Shown one piece after another: positions 18,892-29,379 of a stretch of DNA of 64,000 nucleotides (the first letter of the stretch is position 1; every line of letters starts with the position of its first letter). A model generated the notes under the pieces. It was given only the letters and a program-made list of their open reading frames with translations. It ran no database searches and had not been told where the DNA came from. Source of the stretch: an uncultured Peptococcaceae bacterium (lineage in GTDB: Bacteria; Bacillota; Dehalobacteriia; UBA4068; UBA4997). The translations under genes and the position numbers were made by a program. Location: assembly GCA_947625705.1 (NCBI GenBank), contig CANQPG010000002.1, positions 13,119 to 77,118 of the forward strand, read 5' to 3'.

Positions 18892-19875
18892 TTATTTCTC
18901 CCACAGGCGCGGCTGATAACCCAATTTTTGCAGCATTTGCATATCCGCCGCGATCGTAATACCGGAGGTGGTCAGCATATCACCGGAAATGGCGGCATTG
19001 GCCCCGCCGGTGAAGCAGCCCTCGCCCTTATCGGCCAACAGCCCCCGCCCCCCGGCCAGACGAATGGAAGCGTCGGGCAGAATAAAGCGGAACACCGCCA
19101 CTGTGCGCCGCGCCTCGTCCGCGCCGATGATCGGGTTATCGGCGTAAGGCGTGCCGGGTATCGGATTAAGAAAGTTCACCGGCAGCGATTTCACGCCCAG
19201 CTCCCGCGCGGTCAGCGCCAGATCCACCCGGTCGGCCGGGCTCTCGCCCAGCCCCATAATACCGCCGGAGCAGATCGAAAGCCCCGCCCGCTTGGCGGCT
19301 TTAAGCGTCTTGATTTTATCCTCATATGTATGCGTGGTGCAGACGCTGGGGAAGTAGGCCGCCGAGCTTTCCAGGTTGCAATGCACCCGGCTGGCTCCCG
19401 CTTCTTTCAGCTTGGCAAAATCCGCCTCGTCCAGCAGGCCGAAAGAAACGCAGATCTCCAGCTTCGTCTCGCGCTTCAGCGTGCGGATCGTCTCGCAGAC
19501 CTGATCGATCTCCGCAGGGGAAAGCCTTTTGCCGCTGGTGACGATGGAAAAGCGCAGCACGCCGCCCGCCTCGTTATGCTTCGCCTCGGCCAGCATAGCC
19601 GCCGTGTCCAGCAGCGGGTATGTTTCCAGATCGTTATGCGGATAATGGGCGCTTTGGGCGCAGTATTTGCAGTCCTCGGTGCATTTGCCGCATTTGCCGT
19701 TGATGATGGTGCAGATATCAAAGCCGTCGCCGCAGAAATGCTCTCTAAGCTCGTCCGCCGCCGCGCTCAGCTCGTCCAAATCGGCCTGCTCCCGGTCAAA
19801 AAGCCGCAGGGCTTCCTCCCGATTGATTGCGCCGCCCGCCAGTATGCGCTCCTTATATTCCCGGATAATTGACAT
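18892..19875 (-). CDS. bioB: biotin synthase (radical SAM)
   Basis: 327 aa; radical-SAM CxxxCxxC (CTEDCKYC); BioB-like C-terminal cluster region. Confidence 0.75.
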   Translation of the reverse strand: MSIIREYKERILAGGAINREEALRLFDREQADLDELSAAADELREHFCGDGFDICTIINGKCGKCTEDCKYCAQSAHYPHNDLETYPLLDTAAMLAEAKHNEAGGVLRFSIVTSGKRLSPAEIDQVCETIRTLKRETKLEICVSFGLLDEADFAKLKEAGASRVHCNLESSAAYFPSVCTTHTYEDKIKTLKAAKRAGLSICSGGIMGLGESPADRVDLALTARELGVKSLPVNFLNPIPGTPYADNPIIGADEARRTVAVFRFILPDASIRLAGGRGLLADKGEGCFTGGANAAISGDMLTTSGITIAADMQMLQKLGYQPRLWEK

Positions 19876-19951
19876 TTTCTCACCCCAATATTGTTAATCT
19901 TGCCGCATAAAAAAGTTAACTCTTTTCCAAGTATAACCGCTCGGGTGCGAT

Positions 19952-19984
19952 TTGTCAACAGCAAACATAATTTTTGGTAAACAT
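19952..19984. promoter_or_regulatory. putative BirA operator (bioO) upstream of bioB
   Basis: TTGTCAAC-N16-GGTAAACA resembles Firmicutes BirA box TGTTAAC-N15/16-GGTTAACA, 75-110 nt upstream of bioB start. Confidence 0.4.
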
Positions 19985-20060
19985 TTGCCCGGCAAGGTGG
20001 ACATAAACCCACCAATGTGATAGAATATATTTGTGATAGCCGATAAAGCGAGGTAAAACA

Positions 20061-20705
20061 ATGTTGTCAAAACTGCAAAAGTGGCTGGCGGAAAACCCGC
20101 ACGCGCTGGCGCTGCCGTGTCTTATGGTGCTGTATCTGGTCTGCTTCTTCGCGCTGGATTTTCTGGTGAAAGAGCCGCGCTTTATCCTGCACAGCCCGCT
20201 GGACGATCTGATACCGTTCAACGAGTGGTTTGCGGGGCTTTATTTCATCTGGTTTGCCGCCTTTCCGCTGGCGCTGCTGGCGTTTCTGCTGCTGGATAAG
20301 GCGGATTTTCTGGAGCTTTGCTTCGTCATCTTCGCCGGGGCGGCGGTGTGCTTTCTGGCGTATATCTTCCTCCCCACCGGGCTGGAACTGCGGCCGGAGA
20401 CCGTGCCGCGTGATAACTTCCCCGCCCGGCTCATGCAGTTTATCTGGCTGGTAGACTCGCCGCGCAACGTCTGCCCGTCGCTGCATTGCTCCATCTCGGC
20501 GGCCATCGCGCTGCAAACCCTGCGCTCCCGCAAGCTCTCCGGGCGGTGGCTGCTGCAAACCGCCGTCTGCCTGCTGATGCTGCTGATCTGCCTTGCCACC
20601 CTGTTCGTCAAGCAACATTCAGTCTGGGACGTGGCGGCGGGCTGGGCGCTGTCGCTGCTGCTGTTCGGCCTGGCGGAAGCTTGGCGCAAGCGCCGCGGCA
20701 TATGA
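20061..20705 (+). CDS. PAP2-family membrane phosphatase
   Basis: 214 aa, 6 TM; PSLH and HSVWD acid-phosphatase motifs. Confidence 0.65.
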   Translation: MLSKLQKWLAENPHALALPCLMVLYLVCFFALDFLVKEPRFILHSPLDDLIPFNEWFAGLYFIWFAAFPLALLAFLLLDKADFLELCFVIFAGAAVCFLAYIFLPTGLELRPETVPRDNFPARLMQFIWLVDSPRNVCPSLHCSISAAIALQTLRSRKLSGRWLLQTAVCLLMLLICLATLFVKQHSVWDVAAGWALSLLLFGLAEAWRKRRGI

Positions 20706-20790
20706 TATTGCCAAGCGGCGCAAAACGTGTTAGAATTTAATTAGGAACTGCTGCATATTGCCTGACCGACCGCTAAGGGAGGAATTCATC

Positions 20791-22011
20791 ATGGCCAGCC
20801 ACGTGCTCAACGAGATCAACCGCTGTCTGAACTGCCGTCAACCCGCTTGCCGGGGAGGCTGCCCCATCAACACGCCGATCCCGGAGATGATCCAACTTCT
20901 GAAGCAGCACCGGCTGAACGAGGCGGGCGAGCTGCTGTTTGCCAACAACCCGCTTTCCATCATCTGTTCTATCGTCTGCGACCACGAAAAGCAGTGCGAG
21001 GGGCACTGCATACTGGGGCGGACGGGTTCCGCCGTGCAGATCAGCACCATTGAGCATTACATATCCGACACCTGTCTGGATAAAATGACGGTAGAGACGG
21101 CGCCCCCGAACGGTATCGCGGTGGCGGTCATCGGCAGCGGCCCGGCGGGGCTGACGGTGGCCATCACCCTGGCCAAACTCGGTTACAGCGTAACGGTGTT
21201 CGACTCCAAGGATAAGATCGGCGGCGTTATGCAATACGGCATACCGGAATTTCGCCTGCCCAAGACGGTGCTGGCTCGCCTTAAGCAGAAGCTGGAGCAG
21301 CTGGGCGTCGAGATCCGCCTGAACACCACCATCGGCAACGCTTTGAGTATCGACGACCTGTTCCGCGACGATTACCAGGCCGTGTTTATCGGCAGCGGCG
21401 TCTGGCGGCCAAGAACCCTCGGCGTTAAGGGCGAAAGCCGCGGCAACGTGCGCTTCGGCCTGGATTACCTTTCCAACCCCGAGCAGCACCAGCTGGGCAA
21501 AAACGTCGCCGTCATCGGCATGGGCAACACCGCGATGGACGTGGCGCGCACCGCCTTTCGCCACGGCGCGCAGAAAGTGGTTTTATACTCCAAATCCCTC
21601 GTCACCAATGCCAGCAAGCGCGATTTGATGTACGCCCAGCTGGACGGGGCGGAATTGGAATTCGGCCTGCAAGTGGCGGAGATCAATGACCGCGGCCCCG
21701 TTTTCCGGCAAGTGCTGTTTGACGAGAACGGCAGCCGCGTTGGCCTGTCCGAGGAACTTCTGCAAACCGAGGCCGACTCGGTGGTCATTGCCGTCAGCCA
21801 GGGGCCGCGCCGCCGTCTGGTCGACTCCACCACCGGGCTGGAGGTGGACGAGGGCGGCTTTTTGGTGGTGGACGAATTCGGCCAGACCACCAAAAGCATG
21901 GTTTTCGCCGCGGGCGACGTGGTGACCGGCCCCAAGAACGTCGTCAGCGCCGTCACGGCGGGCAAACAGGTGGCCGTCAATATGCACAAGCTGCTGCAAG
22001 AGCGGCAATGA
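20791..22011 (+). CDS. NAD(P)H-dependent oxidoreductase, glutamate synthase small-subunit (GltD) family with N-terminal Fe-S cluster region
   Basis: Start MASHV with RBS GGGAGG; Cys cluster CLNCRQPACRGGCP...CDHEKQCEGHC; FAD/NAD Rossmann GSGPAGLTVA, VIGMGNTAMD. Confidence 0.8.
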   Translation: MASHVLNEINRCLNCRQPACRGGCPINTPIPEMIQLLKQHRLNEAGELLFANNPLSIICSIVCDHEKQCEGHCILGRTGSAVQISTIEHYISDTCLDKMTVETAPPNGIAVAVIGSGPAGLTVAITLAKLGYSVTVFDSKDKIGGVMQYGIPEFRLPKTVLARLKQKLEQLGVEIRLNTTIGNALSIDDLFRDDYQAVFIGSGVWRPRTLGVKGESRGNVRFGLDYLSNPEQHQLGKNVAVIGMGNTAMDVARTAFRHGAQKVVLYSKSLVTNASKRDLMYAQLDGAELEFGLQVAEINDRGPVFRQVLFDENGSRVGLSEELLQTEADSVVIAVSQGPRRRLVDSTTGLEVDEGGFLVVDEFGQTTKSMVFAAGDVVTGPKNVVSAVTAGKQVAVNMHKLLQERQ

Positions 22012-22080
22012 TCCCCCATAAAACAGAAAAGTGCTTCCCCCGCGGGAAGCACTTTTTTTGTGCGGTTTTTTATTCGCTTT

Positions 22081-24582
22081 TTATTCAATAGAGGTGACGG
22101 TGTAATCCTCTGCCGCCACGGCTTTTTTCAACTGCTCGTCGCTGACCTCGCCGTCAAGCGTCACCACCGCCGTGCCGTTAACATGGCTGGCCTCGGCCTT
22201 GCTTACGCCCGGCAGCGCTTCCAGCGCTTTCTGCACGTGCTTCTCACAATTCCCGCACATCATGCCCTCAATGTGTAAAACTTTTTCCATTTTCGTCTCC
22301 TCCTTAACTGTTATCGTCGGTTTTATGGCCGTTTTGGGCGGGGCTGCCGCCGGATACATCTTAAACGTGTTCAGGCGCAGCGCGTTGGTCACCACGCAGA
22401 AGCTGGAAAGGCTCATTGCCGCCGCCGCAAACATCGGGTTCAGCTGCCAGCCGAACAGCGGAATGAACACGCCCGCCGCCAGCGGTATGCCCGCCGCGTT
22501 ATAGGCAAACGCCCAGAACAGGTTTTGCTTGATCGTCCTGAGAGTCGCCCGGCTCAAGCGCACCGCCGCCGCCACGTCGGCAAGGCTGTTCTTCATCAGC
22601 ACCACGTCCGCCGCGTCAATGGCAACGTCCGTCCCCGCGCCGACGGCCACGCCCAGATCGGCCGCCGCCAGCGCCGGGGCGTCATTGATACCGTCGCCCA
22701 CCATGATCACCTTGCCGCGCTCGGCCAGCTGGCGCACGATCTGCTCCTTATCGGCGGGCATCAGCCCGGCAAACACCTCGTCCACCCCGGCCTCCTGCCC
22801 GATCGCCGCCGCCGTGCGCTCGTTGTCGCCCGTCAGCATGACCACCCGGCAGCCCAGCTGCTGCAATTCGCGGATCGCCGCGGGGCTTTCCGCGCGTATC
22901 ACGTCCGCCACGGCTATTATACCCAACAGCCGCCCGTCATACGCAAACAGCAGCGGCGTTTTGCCCGCGCCGGCCAAAGCTTCCGCCTGCTGCCGCGCCG
23001 TATCGGCCAATTTGACCTCGCCGCTGATATACTTCAGGCTGCCGCCGAGCAGCTTTTTGCCGTCCAGCGTGCCGCTTAAGCCCAGCCCGGGGAGCGCCGC
23101 AAAGTCCGTCGCCTGCGCGTCCGCCAAACCGTCCGCCTGCGCCCGGCGCACCACCGCGCCCGCCAGCGGGTGTTCGCTTTTCATCTCCAGCGCCGCCGCC
23201 AGCCGCAGCAGCTCCTGTTCAGTCACGCCGCTTTCCGGCAGAATATCCGTCACCGCCGGCTCACCGCGCGTAATGGTGCCGGTCTTATCCAGCGCCACGG
23301 TGGCCGCCTTGCCCATTTCCTCCAGCGAAGCCGCCGTCTTAAACAAAATGCCCGCTTTGGCGCCCATGCCGCTGGCCACCATGATCGCCACCGGCGTGGC
23401 CAGCCCGAGAGCGCAGGGGCAGCTGATGACCAGCACCGATATGCCCCGTGCCAGCGCAAAGCCGACGCTTTCGCCCACTGCCAGCCAGATCACCGCCGTC
23501 ACCAGCGCGATCGCGATGACCGTCGGCACAAATACACCGGAAACACGATCCGCCAGCTTGGCAATTTCGGCCTTGGTGGCCGCCGCGTCGCTGACCAGCC
23601 GAATGATCTGCGCCAGCGTCGTGTCCTCGCCCACGCGGGTGGCGCGGCAGGTCAAATGCCCGGACTGGTTGACGGTAGCGGCGGAAACCGCGTCGCCGGG
23701 GGCTTTCTCCACCGGGATACTCTCACCGGTCAGCGCCGCCTCATTCACCGCGCTGGCGCCCTGCAAAACCTCGCCGTCCACCGGGATATGCTCGCCCGGG
23801 CGGACGATGAAAACGTCGCCCGCGCGCACCTCCTGCACCGGCACGGTCAATTCCGCGCCGTCCCGCAGCACCACCGCCGTGGTCGGCGAAAGCTTCATCA
23901 GGCTTTGCAGCGCGTCCGTCGTCTTGCCCTTGGAGCGCGCCTCCAGCATTTTGCCCAGCGTGATCAGCGTCAGGATCGTCGCGGCGGACTCAAAATATAA
24001 CTCATGCAGATACGCCGCCTGCGCCGAAGCGTCGGCCAGCGTCATCAAAAACATCACGCACAGGCTGTAAATAAATGCCGCCGCCGCGCCCAGCGCCACC
24101 AACGTATCCATATTCGGCGCGCGGTGCAGCAGCCCCTTAAAGCCGGAAACAAAAAACTTCTGGTTGATCACCATCACAATGACCGTCAGCACCAGCTCCG
24201 CCAGCGCCATGGTGAGCGGGTTATCCGCCAGCACCCCCGGCAGCGGCAGATCGAGCAGCATATGCCCCATCGTGCCGTACATCAGCACCAGCCAAAAGCC
24301 CAGCGAAGCAAGCAGCCGCATAAGCAGCTTCGGCGTTTCGGTATCCTTAAGCTCGTTATCCGCCGCCGCCGTTTGGGCCGAAGCCCCCTCCGCCGCCGCG
24401 TCATAGCCGGCCTCGCGCACCGCCGCGATGATCGCTGCCGCGGTGGCTTCGCCCTCCACGCCCATCGAATTGGTGAGCAGGCTGACCGCGCAGGAGGATA
24501 CGCCCGGCACGTTCGATACCGCCTTTTCCACCCGGCTGCTGCAAGCCGCGCAGCTCATGCCCATAACCTTAAATTTCTGCAA
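22081..24582 (-). CDS. copA: copper-translocating P-type ATPase with N-terminal HMA domain and an in-frame C-terminal HMA (CopZ-like) domain
   Basis: TTG start, RBS AGGAGG; [27 protein letters not shown]; C-terminal [19 protein letters not shown] domain preceded by in-frame internal SD AAGGAGG-N8-ATG at about 22289. Confidence 0.9.
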   Translation of the reverse strand: MQKFKVMGMSCAACSSRVEKAVSNVPGVSSCAVSLLTNSMGVEGEATAAAIIAAVREAGYDAAAEGASAQTAAADNELKDTETPKLLMRLLASLGFWLVLMYGTMGHMLLDLPLPGVLADNPLTMALAELVLTVIVMVINQKFFVSGFKGLLHRAPNMDTLVALGAAAAFIYSLCVMFLMTLADASAQAAYLHELYFESAATILTLITLGKMLEARSKGKTTDALQSLMKLSPTTAVVLRDGAELTVPVQEVRAGDVFIVRPGEHIPVDGEVLQGASAVNEAALTGESIPVEKAPGDAVSAATVNQSGHLTCRATRVGEDTTLAQIIRLVSDAAATKAEIAKLADRVSGVFVPTVIAIALVTAVIWLAVGESVGFALARGISVLVISCPCALGLATPVAIMVASGMGAKAGILFKTAASLEEMGKAATVALDKTGTITRGEPAVTDILPESGVTEQELLRLAAALEMKSEHPLAGAVVRRAQADGLADAQATDFAALPGLGLSGTLDGKKLLGGSLKYISGEVKLADTARQQAEALAGAGKTPLLFAYDGRLLGIIAVADVIRAESPAAIRELQQLGCRVVMLTGDNERTAAAIGQEAGVDEVFAGLMPADKEQIVRQLAERGKVIMVGDGINDAPALAAADLGVAVGAGTDVAIDAADVVLMKNSLADVAAAVRLSRATLRTIKQNLFWAFAYNAAGIPLAAGVFIPLFGWQLNPMFAAAAMSLSSFCVVTNALRLNTFKMYPAAAPPKTAIKPTITVKEETKMEKVLHIEGMMCGNCEKHVQKALEALPGVSKAEASHVNGTAVVTLDGEVSDEQLKKAVAAEDYTVTSIE

Positions 24583-24629
24583 TCTTACTTAAGCCTCCTA
24601 ACCGCCAGGCATTGCCTACCTTTTTGATA

Positions 24630-24658
24630 AGTATACCGTATTTTGGCCGTTATGTCAA
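24630..24658 (-). promoter_or_regulatory. copA promoter TTGACA-17-TATACT
   Basis: Perfect -35, 17-nt spacer, TATACT -10 within the 18-nt motif shared with the XRE gene at 2484-2501. Confidence 0.55.
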
Positions 24659-24669
24659 GGGCGCGGGGC

Positions 24670-25902
24670 TTACAGCAGCTTCGCCACCTCGGTGTAGACG
24701 TCGGCCGGGTCGGCGGCCAGCTTGGTTTTCTGCGGCAAAATCAGCGTCACACAGCAGCCCTCACCGGGCGCGCCGGTAACCTCCATACGCCCGCCGTGCA
24801 GCTCGGCGATCACCAGGCTGATGGCGGTTCCGATACCGTGGCCGCCGTTGGCGGAGGTATAGAAAGGCTCAAAGAAGCGCCGCTGCTGTTCCTCGGTCAA
24901 GCCCACGCCGTTGTCGCTGATACTGAGGCGCACCTCCTTGTTCGCCGCATCGAAGCTGGTGGCAATGGTTATCTCGCCCCAAAAGCGCGGTTCGTTCTCG
25001 CGTCTTGCCACAATAGCCTGCTCGCTGTTCATCACGCAGTTGATCACCACCTGCTTGATGCGGGTGCAGTCAAGCTTCAGCTTGGGCAGGTCATCAGCCA
25101 GGTCGGCGTTAAGCTCCGCCCGCTTCAGGCGACATTCGCCCCGCAGCACCGGCAGAACCTCTTTCACCAGCTCGTTCAGCTGATAGGAAGTCACGTTATG
25201 CTCCTGCCGCCCCATGTCCATGAAACCGTACAGCAGCTCGTTAGAGCGCTCCACCTCGTCGTTGATAACGCGCAGGTGCGCCTGCACGGTGGGATCGTCG
25301 GGATAGCTGGCCTGCATGATCTGCACCGAGCCGCTGAACAGCTGCAAACTGTTTTTCAATTCATGCGCCACGCCGGCTGCCACCTTGCCCATCTGGCTGA
25401 ACGGCAGGTTGGCCTCGTATTCGCGCAGAATTTCCCGCTGATAGTTTTTATCCGACGCCCCGGCGGCATTTTCGTCCGTCAGCCGGATCAGGAACGTCCC
25501 CTCGCCCGGCGCGGCGTCGCTAAGCGGCTGCGCGCTCACCAGCAAACGGTTATTGCCGCTTTTCAGCTTCAGCGCCCCGGCAAAGCCAAGGCCGGCCGCC
25601 AGCGCGTTATCCAGCTTGGCCATCGTCTGCACGTCAATGCTGACGTTGGAAAGCGCCGCCGAAAGAAAGCCGCCCGGCATACCCTGCTTGATACCCAGCG
25701 TCTCACGCCAAAGCCTGGGCGTGGCCGCCAGCACTCTGCCCTCGCCGTCCACGATGGCCAGATCCAGCGGCAGCGCCGCCCAAACCGCGCTGAACAGCGT
25801 TTGTGTTTTGATGATCTCGCTTAATACACCGGAAAGCGCCTCCGGGTTCAATTCCATATCGGCCAGTTCGCCGCTGATTTTCTGCTCTAAGGTTTGTTTC
25901 AT
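24670..25902 (-). CDS. cytoplasmic PAS-domain sensor histidine kinase (orphan)
   Basis: 410 aa, no TM; HisKA H-box VAHELKNSL, HATPase_c N/G boxes; no adjacent response regulator. Confidence 0.8.
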   Translation of the reverse strand: MKQTLEQKISGELADMELNPEALSGVLSEIIKTQTLFSAVWAALPLDLAIVDGEGRVLAATPRLWRETLGIKQGMPGGFLSAALSNVSIDVQTMAKLDNALAAGLGFAGALKLKSGNNRLLVSAQPLSDAAPGEGTFLIRLTDENAAGASDKNYQREILREYEANLPFSQMGKVAAGVAHELKNSLQLFSGSVQIMQASYPDDPTVQAHLRVINDEVERSNELLYGFMDMGRQEHNVTSYQLNELVKEVLPVLRGECRLKRAELNADLADDLPKLKLDCTRIKQVVINCVMNSEQAIVARRENEPRFWGEITIATSFDAANKEVRLSISDNGVGLTEEQQRRFFEPFYTSANGGHGIGTAISLVIAELHGGRMEVTGAPGEGCCVTLILPQKTKLAADPADVYTEVAKLL

Positions 25903-26042
25903 GCTTCGCGTTCCCCTTTTTTTCCGTCCGGTTTTTCATCAGCCATAATTTTCCGCAAAATTGCCGCCAAACCTGCCCCAAAAGGGCAAAAAAATCAGGT
26001 AAATTGCGAGACTAATCGGCAACTTACCCGTTTTTCCGCCGT

Positions 26043-26588
26043 TCAGTCGGTCACCAGCTCGTCCATCGGCCGGTCAAACCGCGCCACGGGCAGCGCCGGC
26101 AGCACCTGCCATTGATACGCTATACCTATCACCCGCGCCCCCGCCGAAAGCTGCGGCAGAAAGCGGTCATAATACCCCTTGCCGTGCCCCAGGCGGTTAA
26201 GGTTCGCGTCGAACGCCACCCCCGGCGCCAGCACCACGCCGATCTCCAAGGGGTCAACCTCCGGTGACGCCAGCGGCTCATACACGCCAAGCGCCACCTT
26301 GGTAAGCTCGTCGCCCTTGCGGAAAAGCGCCGCCCGCATTTCTCCCGGCGCCAGGTCATATGTGCGCGGCACGGCCAGGCGCCGCCCGCTCTGCCACAGC
26401 CATTCGTGCAGCGGGGTCAGGTCGACCTCCCGTCCGTAAGCCAGATAACTCAAAACTGCCCCATCGGGATACCCGGCCAGCCGCTTTTGCAGCCGCTCGC
26501 AGATTTTGGCGCTGGCCGTCCGCTGCTCCTCCGCCGTCACCAAACGCCGCCGGGCAAGCATTTGCCGCCGCACTTCCTGTTTATCCAT
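26043..26588 (-). CDS. 5-formyltetrahydrofolate cyclo-ligase
   Basis: Start MDKQEV (RBS GAGGTGG); GxGxGYYD motif (GHGKGYYDRFL). Confidence 0.8.
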   Translation of the reverse strand: MDKQEVRRQMLARRRLVTAEEQRTASAKICERLQKRLAGYPDGAVLSYLAYGREVDLTPLHEWLWQSGRRLAVPRTYDLAPGEMRAALFRKGDELTKVALGVYEPLASPEVDPLEIGVVLAPGVAFDANLNRLGHGKGYYDRFLPQLSAGARVIGIAYQWQVLPALPVARFDRPMDELVTD

Positions 26589-26596
26589 AGCCCACC

Positions 26597-27601
26597 TCAC
26601 GCGTAAAAGTAAAGCGGCAGATTAGCCTCCGCGTTCAGCGAGAGATCGGCAAACTCGCCCCGGGCAAACTTGCCGAGCGCCGCCGCCCCGATCATCGCCG
26701 CGTTATCGGTGCAGAACTGGGGTGATGGGTAGATGACCCGCATTTCGGGAGCAAGCTCCTGCACCCGCTCACGCAGCGCCTGGTTGGCCGCCACGCCGCC
26801 CGCCAAAACGATGGTGTCGCGGCCATATTCCCGCGCCGCCCGAACCGCCTTGGCCGCCAGCACCCGCACGATGGCCTCCTGCGCCGAGGCCGCCACGTCC
26901 GCCACGCGATACGCTTCGCCTTTCATCTGCTTCTGATTGAGAAAATTCAGCACGGCGGATTTAAGCCCGCTGAAGCTGAAGTCATACGTCCCCTCCAACC
27001 AGGCCGAGGGGAAATCGTAAACCGGCTCGCCCTCCCGGGCGGCCTGCTGAATGGCCGGCCCACCCGGGTATGGCAGACCCAGCGCCCGCGCAATTTTATC
27101 AAACGCCTCGCCTGCCGCGTCGTCGCGGCTCTGCCCCAAAAGCTTGTAATAGCCCGGCTTTTCGGCCAGCGCCACCCCGCTGTGGCTGCCGGAGACCACC
27201 AGCGCCAGATAGGGGAATTCAAGCTCCGGGTGTTCCAAAAAGGGCGCGTTCATATGCCCCTCCAGATGGTGGACGGCGATCAGCGGCAGACCCGCCGCAA
27301 ACGCCAGCGCCTTGGCATAGCTGACGCCCACCAGCAGCGAGCCGATCAGCCCCGGCCCTTTAGTCACCGCCACCGCGTCCAGGTCAGAGAGCTTAACATT
27401 CGCGTCATCAAGCGCCCGCCGCACCACCGGCACCACGGCGTTCAAATGCTCACGGCTGGCGATCTCCGGTACCACGCCGCCGTAAAGCTGGTGGACTGGT
27501 ATCTGCGTCGCCACCACGTTAGAGAGCAACCGGTAGCCGTCCGTTATCACCGCCGCCGCCGTCTCGTCGCAGCTGCTTTCGATCGCCAAAATCTTCACCA
27601 T
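26597..27601 (-). CDS. tsaD: tRNA N6-adenosine threonylcarbamoyltransferase
   Basis: MVKILAIESSCDETAAAV..., HHLEGHM metal-binding motif. Confidence 0.9.
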   Translation of the reverse strand: MVKILAIESSCDETAAAVITDGYRLLSNVVATQIPVHQLYGGVVPEIASREHLNAVVPVVRRALDDANVKLSDLDAVAVTKGPGLIGSLLVGVSYAKALAFAAGLPLIAVHHLEGHMNAPFLEHPELEFPYLALVVSGSHSGVALAEKPGYYKLLGQSRDDAAGEAFDKIARALGLPYPGGPAIQQAAREGEPVYDFPSAWLEGTYDFSFSGLKSAVLNFLNQKQMKGEAYRVADVAASAQEAIVRVLAAKAVRAAREYGRDTIVLAGGVAANQALRERVQELAPEMRVIYPSPQFCTDNAAMIGAAALGKFARGEFADLSLNAEANLPLYFYA

Positions 27602-27616
27602 ATGCCGCACCCTCCG

Positions 27617-28087
27617 TCAAAAATTCCCGAGTTCGCGGCTCATCAGCAGCGCGTCCTCATGGTTGTCCTCATAATAGCCGGGGCGGCGGCCGTTCACCGC
27701 AAAGCCGCATTTGGCGTAAAGCGACTGCGCCGCGGCATTGCCCGCCCGCACCTCTAAATTCACCCGGCGCAAGCCCAAAAGCCGCGCCATATCCAGCAGC
27801 CCGGAAACCAGCTGAAAGCCCAGCCCCTCGCCGCGCCGGTTTTTCGCCACCGCCACATTGTTGATCTCCGCTTCGTCCAGCACCTGCCAGAACCCGGCAT
27901 AACCCAGCAGCGTATCCTCCCGCACCAGCAGCAGAACATGCGAGATGGGGCGCGCGATCTCCGCCCGATACGCCGCCTCAGACCACGGCTCGGCAAACGC
28001 CTCGTTCTCGATCGCCAGCAGCTGGGGCAGATAGACCGCCGCGTTCTCCGCCGAAAGCTCCACTAAAATTTCCCCGTCCAGGCTCAT
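27617..28087 (-). CDS. rimI: ribosomal-protein-alanine N-acetyltransferase
   Basis: GNAT fold; AVAKNRRGEGLG acetyl-CoA motif; embedded in tsa operon. Confidence 0.85.
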   Translation of the reverse strand: MSLDGEILVELSAENAAVYLPQLLAIENEAFAEPWSEAAYRAEIARPISHVLLLVREDTLLGYAGFWQVLDEAEINNVAVAKNRRGEGLGFQLVSGLLDMARLLGLRRVNLEVRAGNAAAQSLYAKCGFAVNGRRPGYYEDNHEDALLMSRELGNF

Positions 28088-28803
28088 TTGGCCGCCTCCG
28101 CTTGAAGACGCGCGTTGCGATTGCGTTCCGCCTCGGAAAGCCGCAGGTAAAACGCCGCCGCCCGCTCCGGAGGCAGTGCTTCCTCTAACCGTTCCCCGGC
28201 CAGAAACGCACAGCCCGGCGCCCCGAACAGCCGCCGCTCCGGTGGCGCGATAAGCGCCTGCCCCGGCAAAGCCTGCCGCATTTCTTCTATATATAAGTCC
28301 GCCGCGTCGCCGACGAAGATCACCTGCTGCGGCTCATTCTGCGCCAGAAATTCCCGCAGCTTTTCGGCCAGCGCCTGCGGCGCCAGTGCGGCGGGCGGCC
28401 AAACCTCCGCCCCCTCAGGGGTGTAAAGCGCGGTATATACCTCATTTCGCCGGGCGTCCAGCACCGGGCAGATGTACGCGCCCATATGGCGCACGGCATA
28501 AGCCTCGGCTTCCAGCGTGGAGACGGGCAGCAATTTGATACCCCGCCCCTCGGCCAGCCCCTTGGCCGTCGCCAGGCCGATACGCAGCCCCGTGAAAGAG
28601 CCGGGGCCGTTGGTCACCGCGATCAGGTCGATATCCTGTATGGTCAGCGCCGCCGCGTCCAGCATGGCGGCAAGCACGGGCAGCAGGCGCTGCGAATGGG
28701 TCAGCCCCACGTTCAGGCAGGCCGAGGCCAGCAATTTATCCCCCTCCGCCACGGCAAGGGAAAGCCCCTTGCCCGCCGCGTCAATTCCTAAAATTTTCGC
28801 CAT
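28084..28803 (-). CDS. tsaB: tRNA threonylcarbamoyladenosine biosynthesis protein TsaB
   Basis: MAKILGIDAAGKGLSLAV..., YeaZ-like. Confidence 0.85.
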   Translation of the reverse strand: MAKILGIDAAGKGLSLAVAEGDKLLASACLNVGLTHSQRLLPVLAAMLDAAALTIQDIDLIAVTNGPGSFTGLRIGLATAKGLAEGRGIKLLPVSTLEAEAYAVRHMGAYICPVLDARRNEVYTALYTPEGAEVWPPAALAPQALAEKLREFLAQNEPQQVIFVGDAADLYIEEMRQALPGQALIAPPERRLFGAPGCAFLAGERLEEALPPERAAAFYLRLSEAERNRNARLQAEAAK

Positions 28804-29266
28804 CGGTCAGCGCCTCCTCCAGCCAGCTTTGGTCGCCGTGCGCGCAAATTTCGATGTCCCGCCATTCCGCGCCGTTTGCGTCCAGGCGGCGGATCAGGCG
28901 GATATCCAGCCGCTCTGCGGGTATTTCCGCCGCCAGCACCTCCGGCCATTCCGCCAGCACCACGCAGAATCCGTCAAAATATTCCCAGACGCCGCGCTCC
29001 CAAACCTCGTCCAAATCGTTCAGGCGGAAAAGGTCCATATGCGCCAGCGGCAGCCGCCCGCCGCCGTATTCGTTAACGATGGTAAAGGTGGGGCTGGTGA
29101 CCGGCTCCCGCACGCCAAGCCCCGCCGCAAACCCCTGCGAGAACAGCGTTTTGCCCGCGCCCATCTCGCCGTAAAGCGCAATAAACGCCCCCGCCGGGGC
29201 ATGCTCGCCCAGCCGGCGGCCGAAATTGAACGTATCCTCCGGGGTATAAGCCGAAATTTTCTGCAT
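28781..29266 (-). CDS. tsaE: tRNA threonylcarbamoyladenosine biosynthesis ATPase TsaE
   Basis: Walker A LYGEMGAGKT, TsaE/YjeE family. Confidence 0.85.
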   Translation of the reverse strand: MQKISAYTPEDTFNFGRRLGEHAPAGAFIALYGEMGAGKTLFSQGFAAGLGVREPVTSPTFTIVNEYGGGRLPLAHMDLFRLNDLDEVWERGVWEYFDGFCVVLAEWPEVLAAEIPAERLDIRLIRRLDANGAEWRDIEICAHGDQSWLEEALTDGENFRN

Positions 29267-29379
29267 ATTTACACTGCCAATCCCAAAAATAATGCGCGCC
29301 CCGAGACATTCGGAACACGCATTAAGTATACTACTTTTGGCGGGTAAAGCTCAACCCCCTTTGGCCAATTTTCCCAAAA

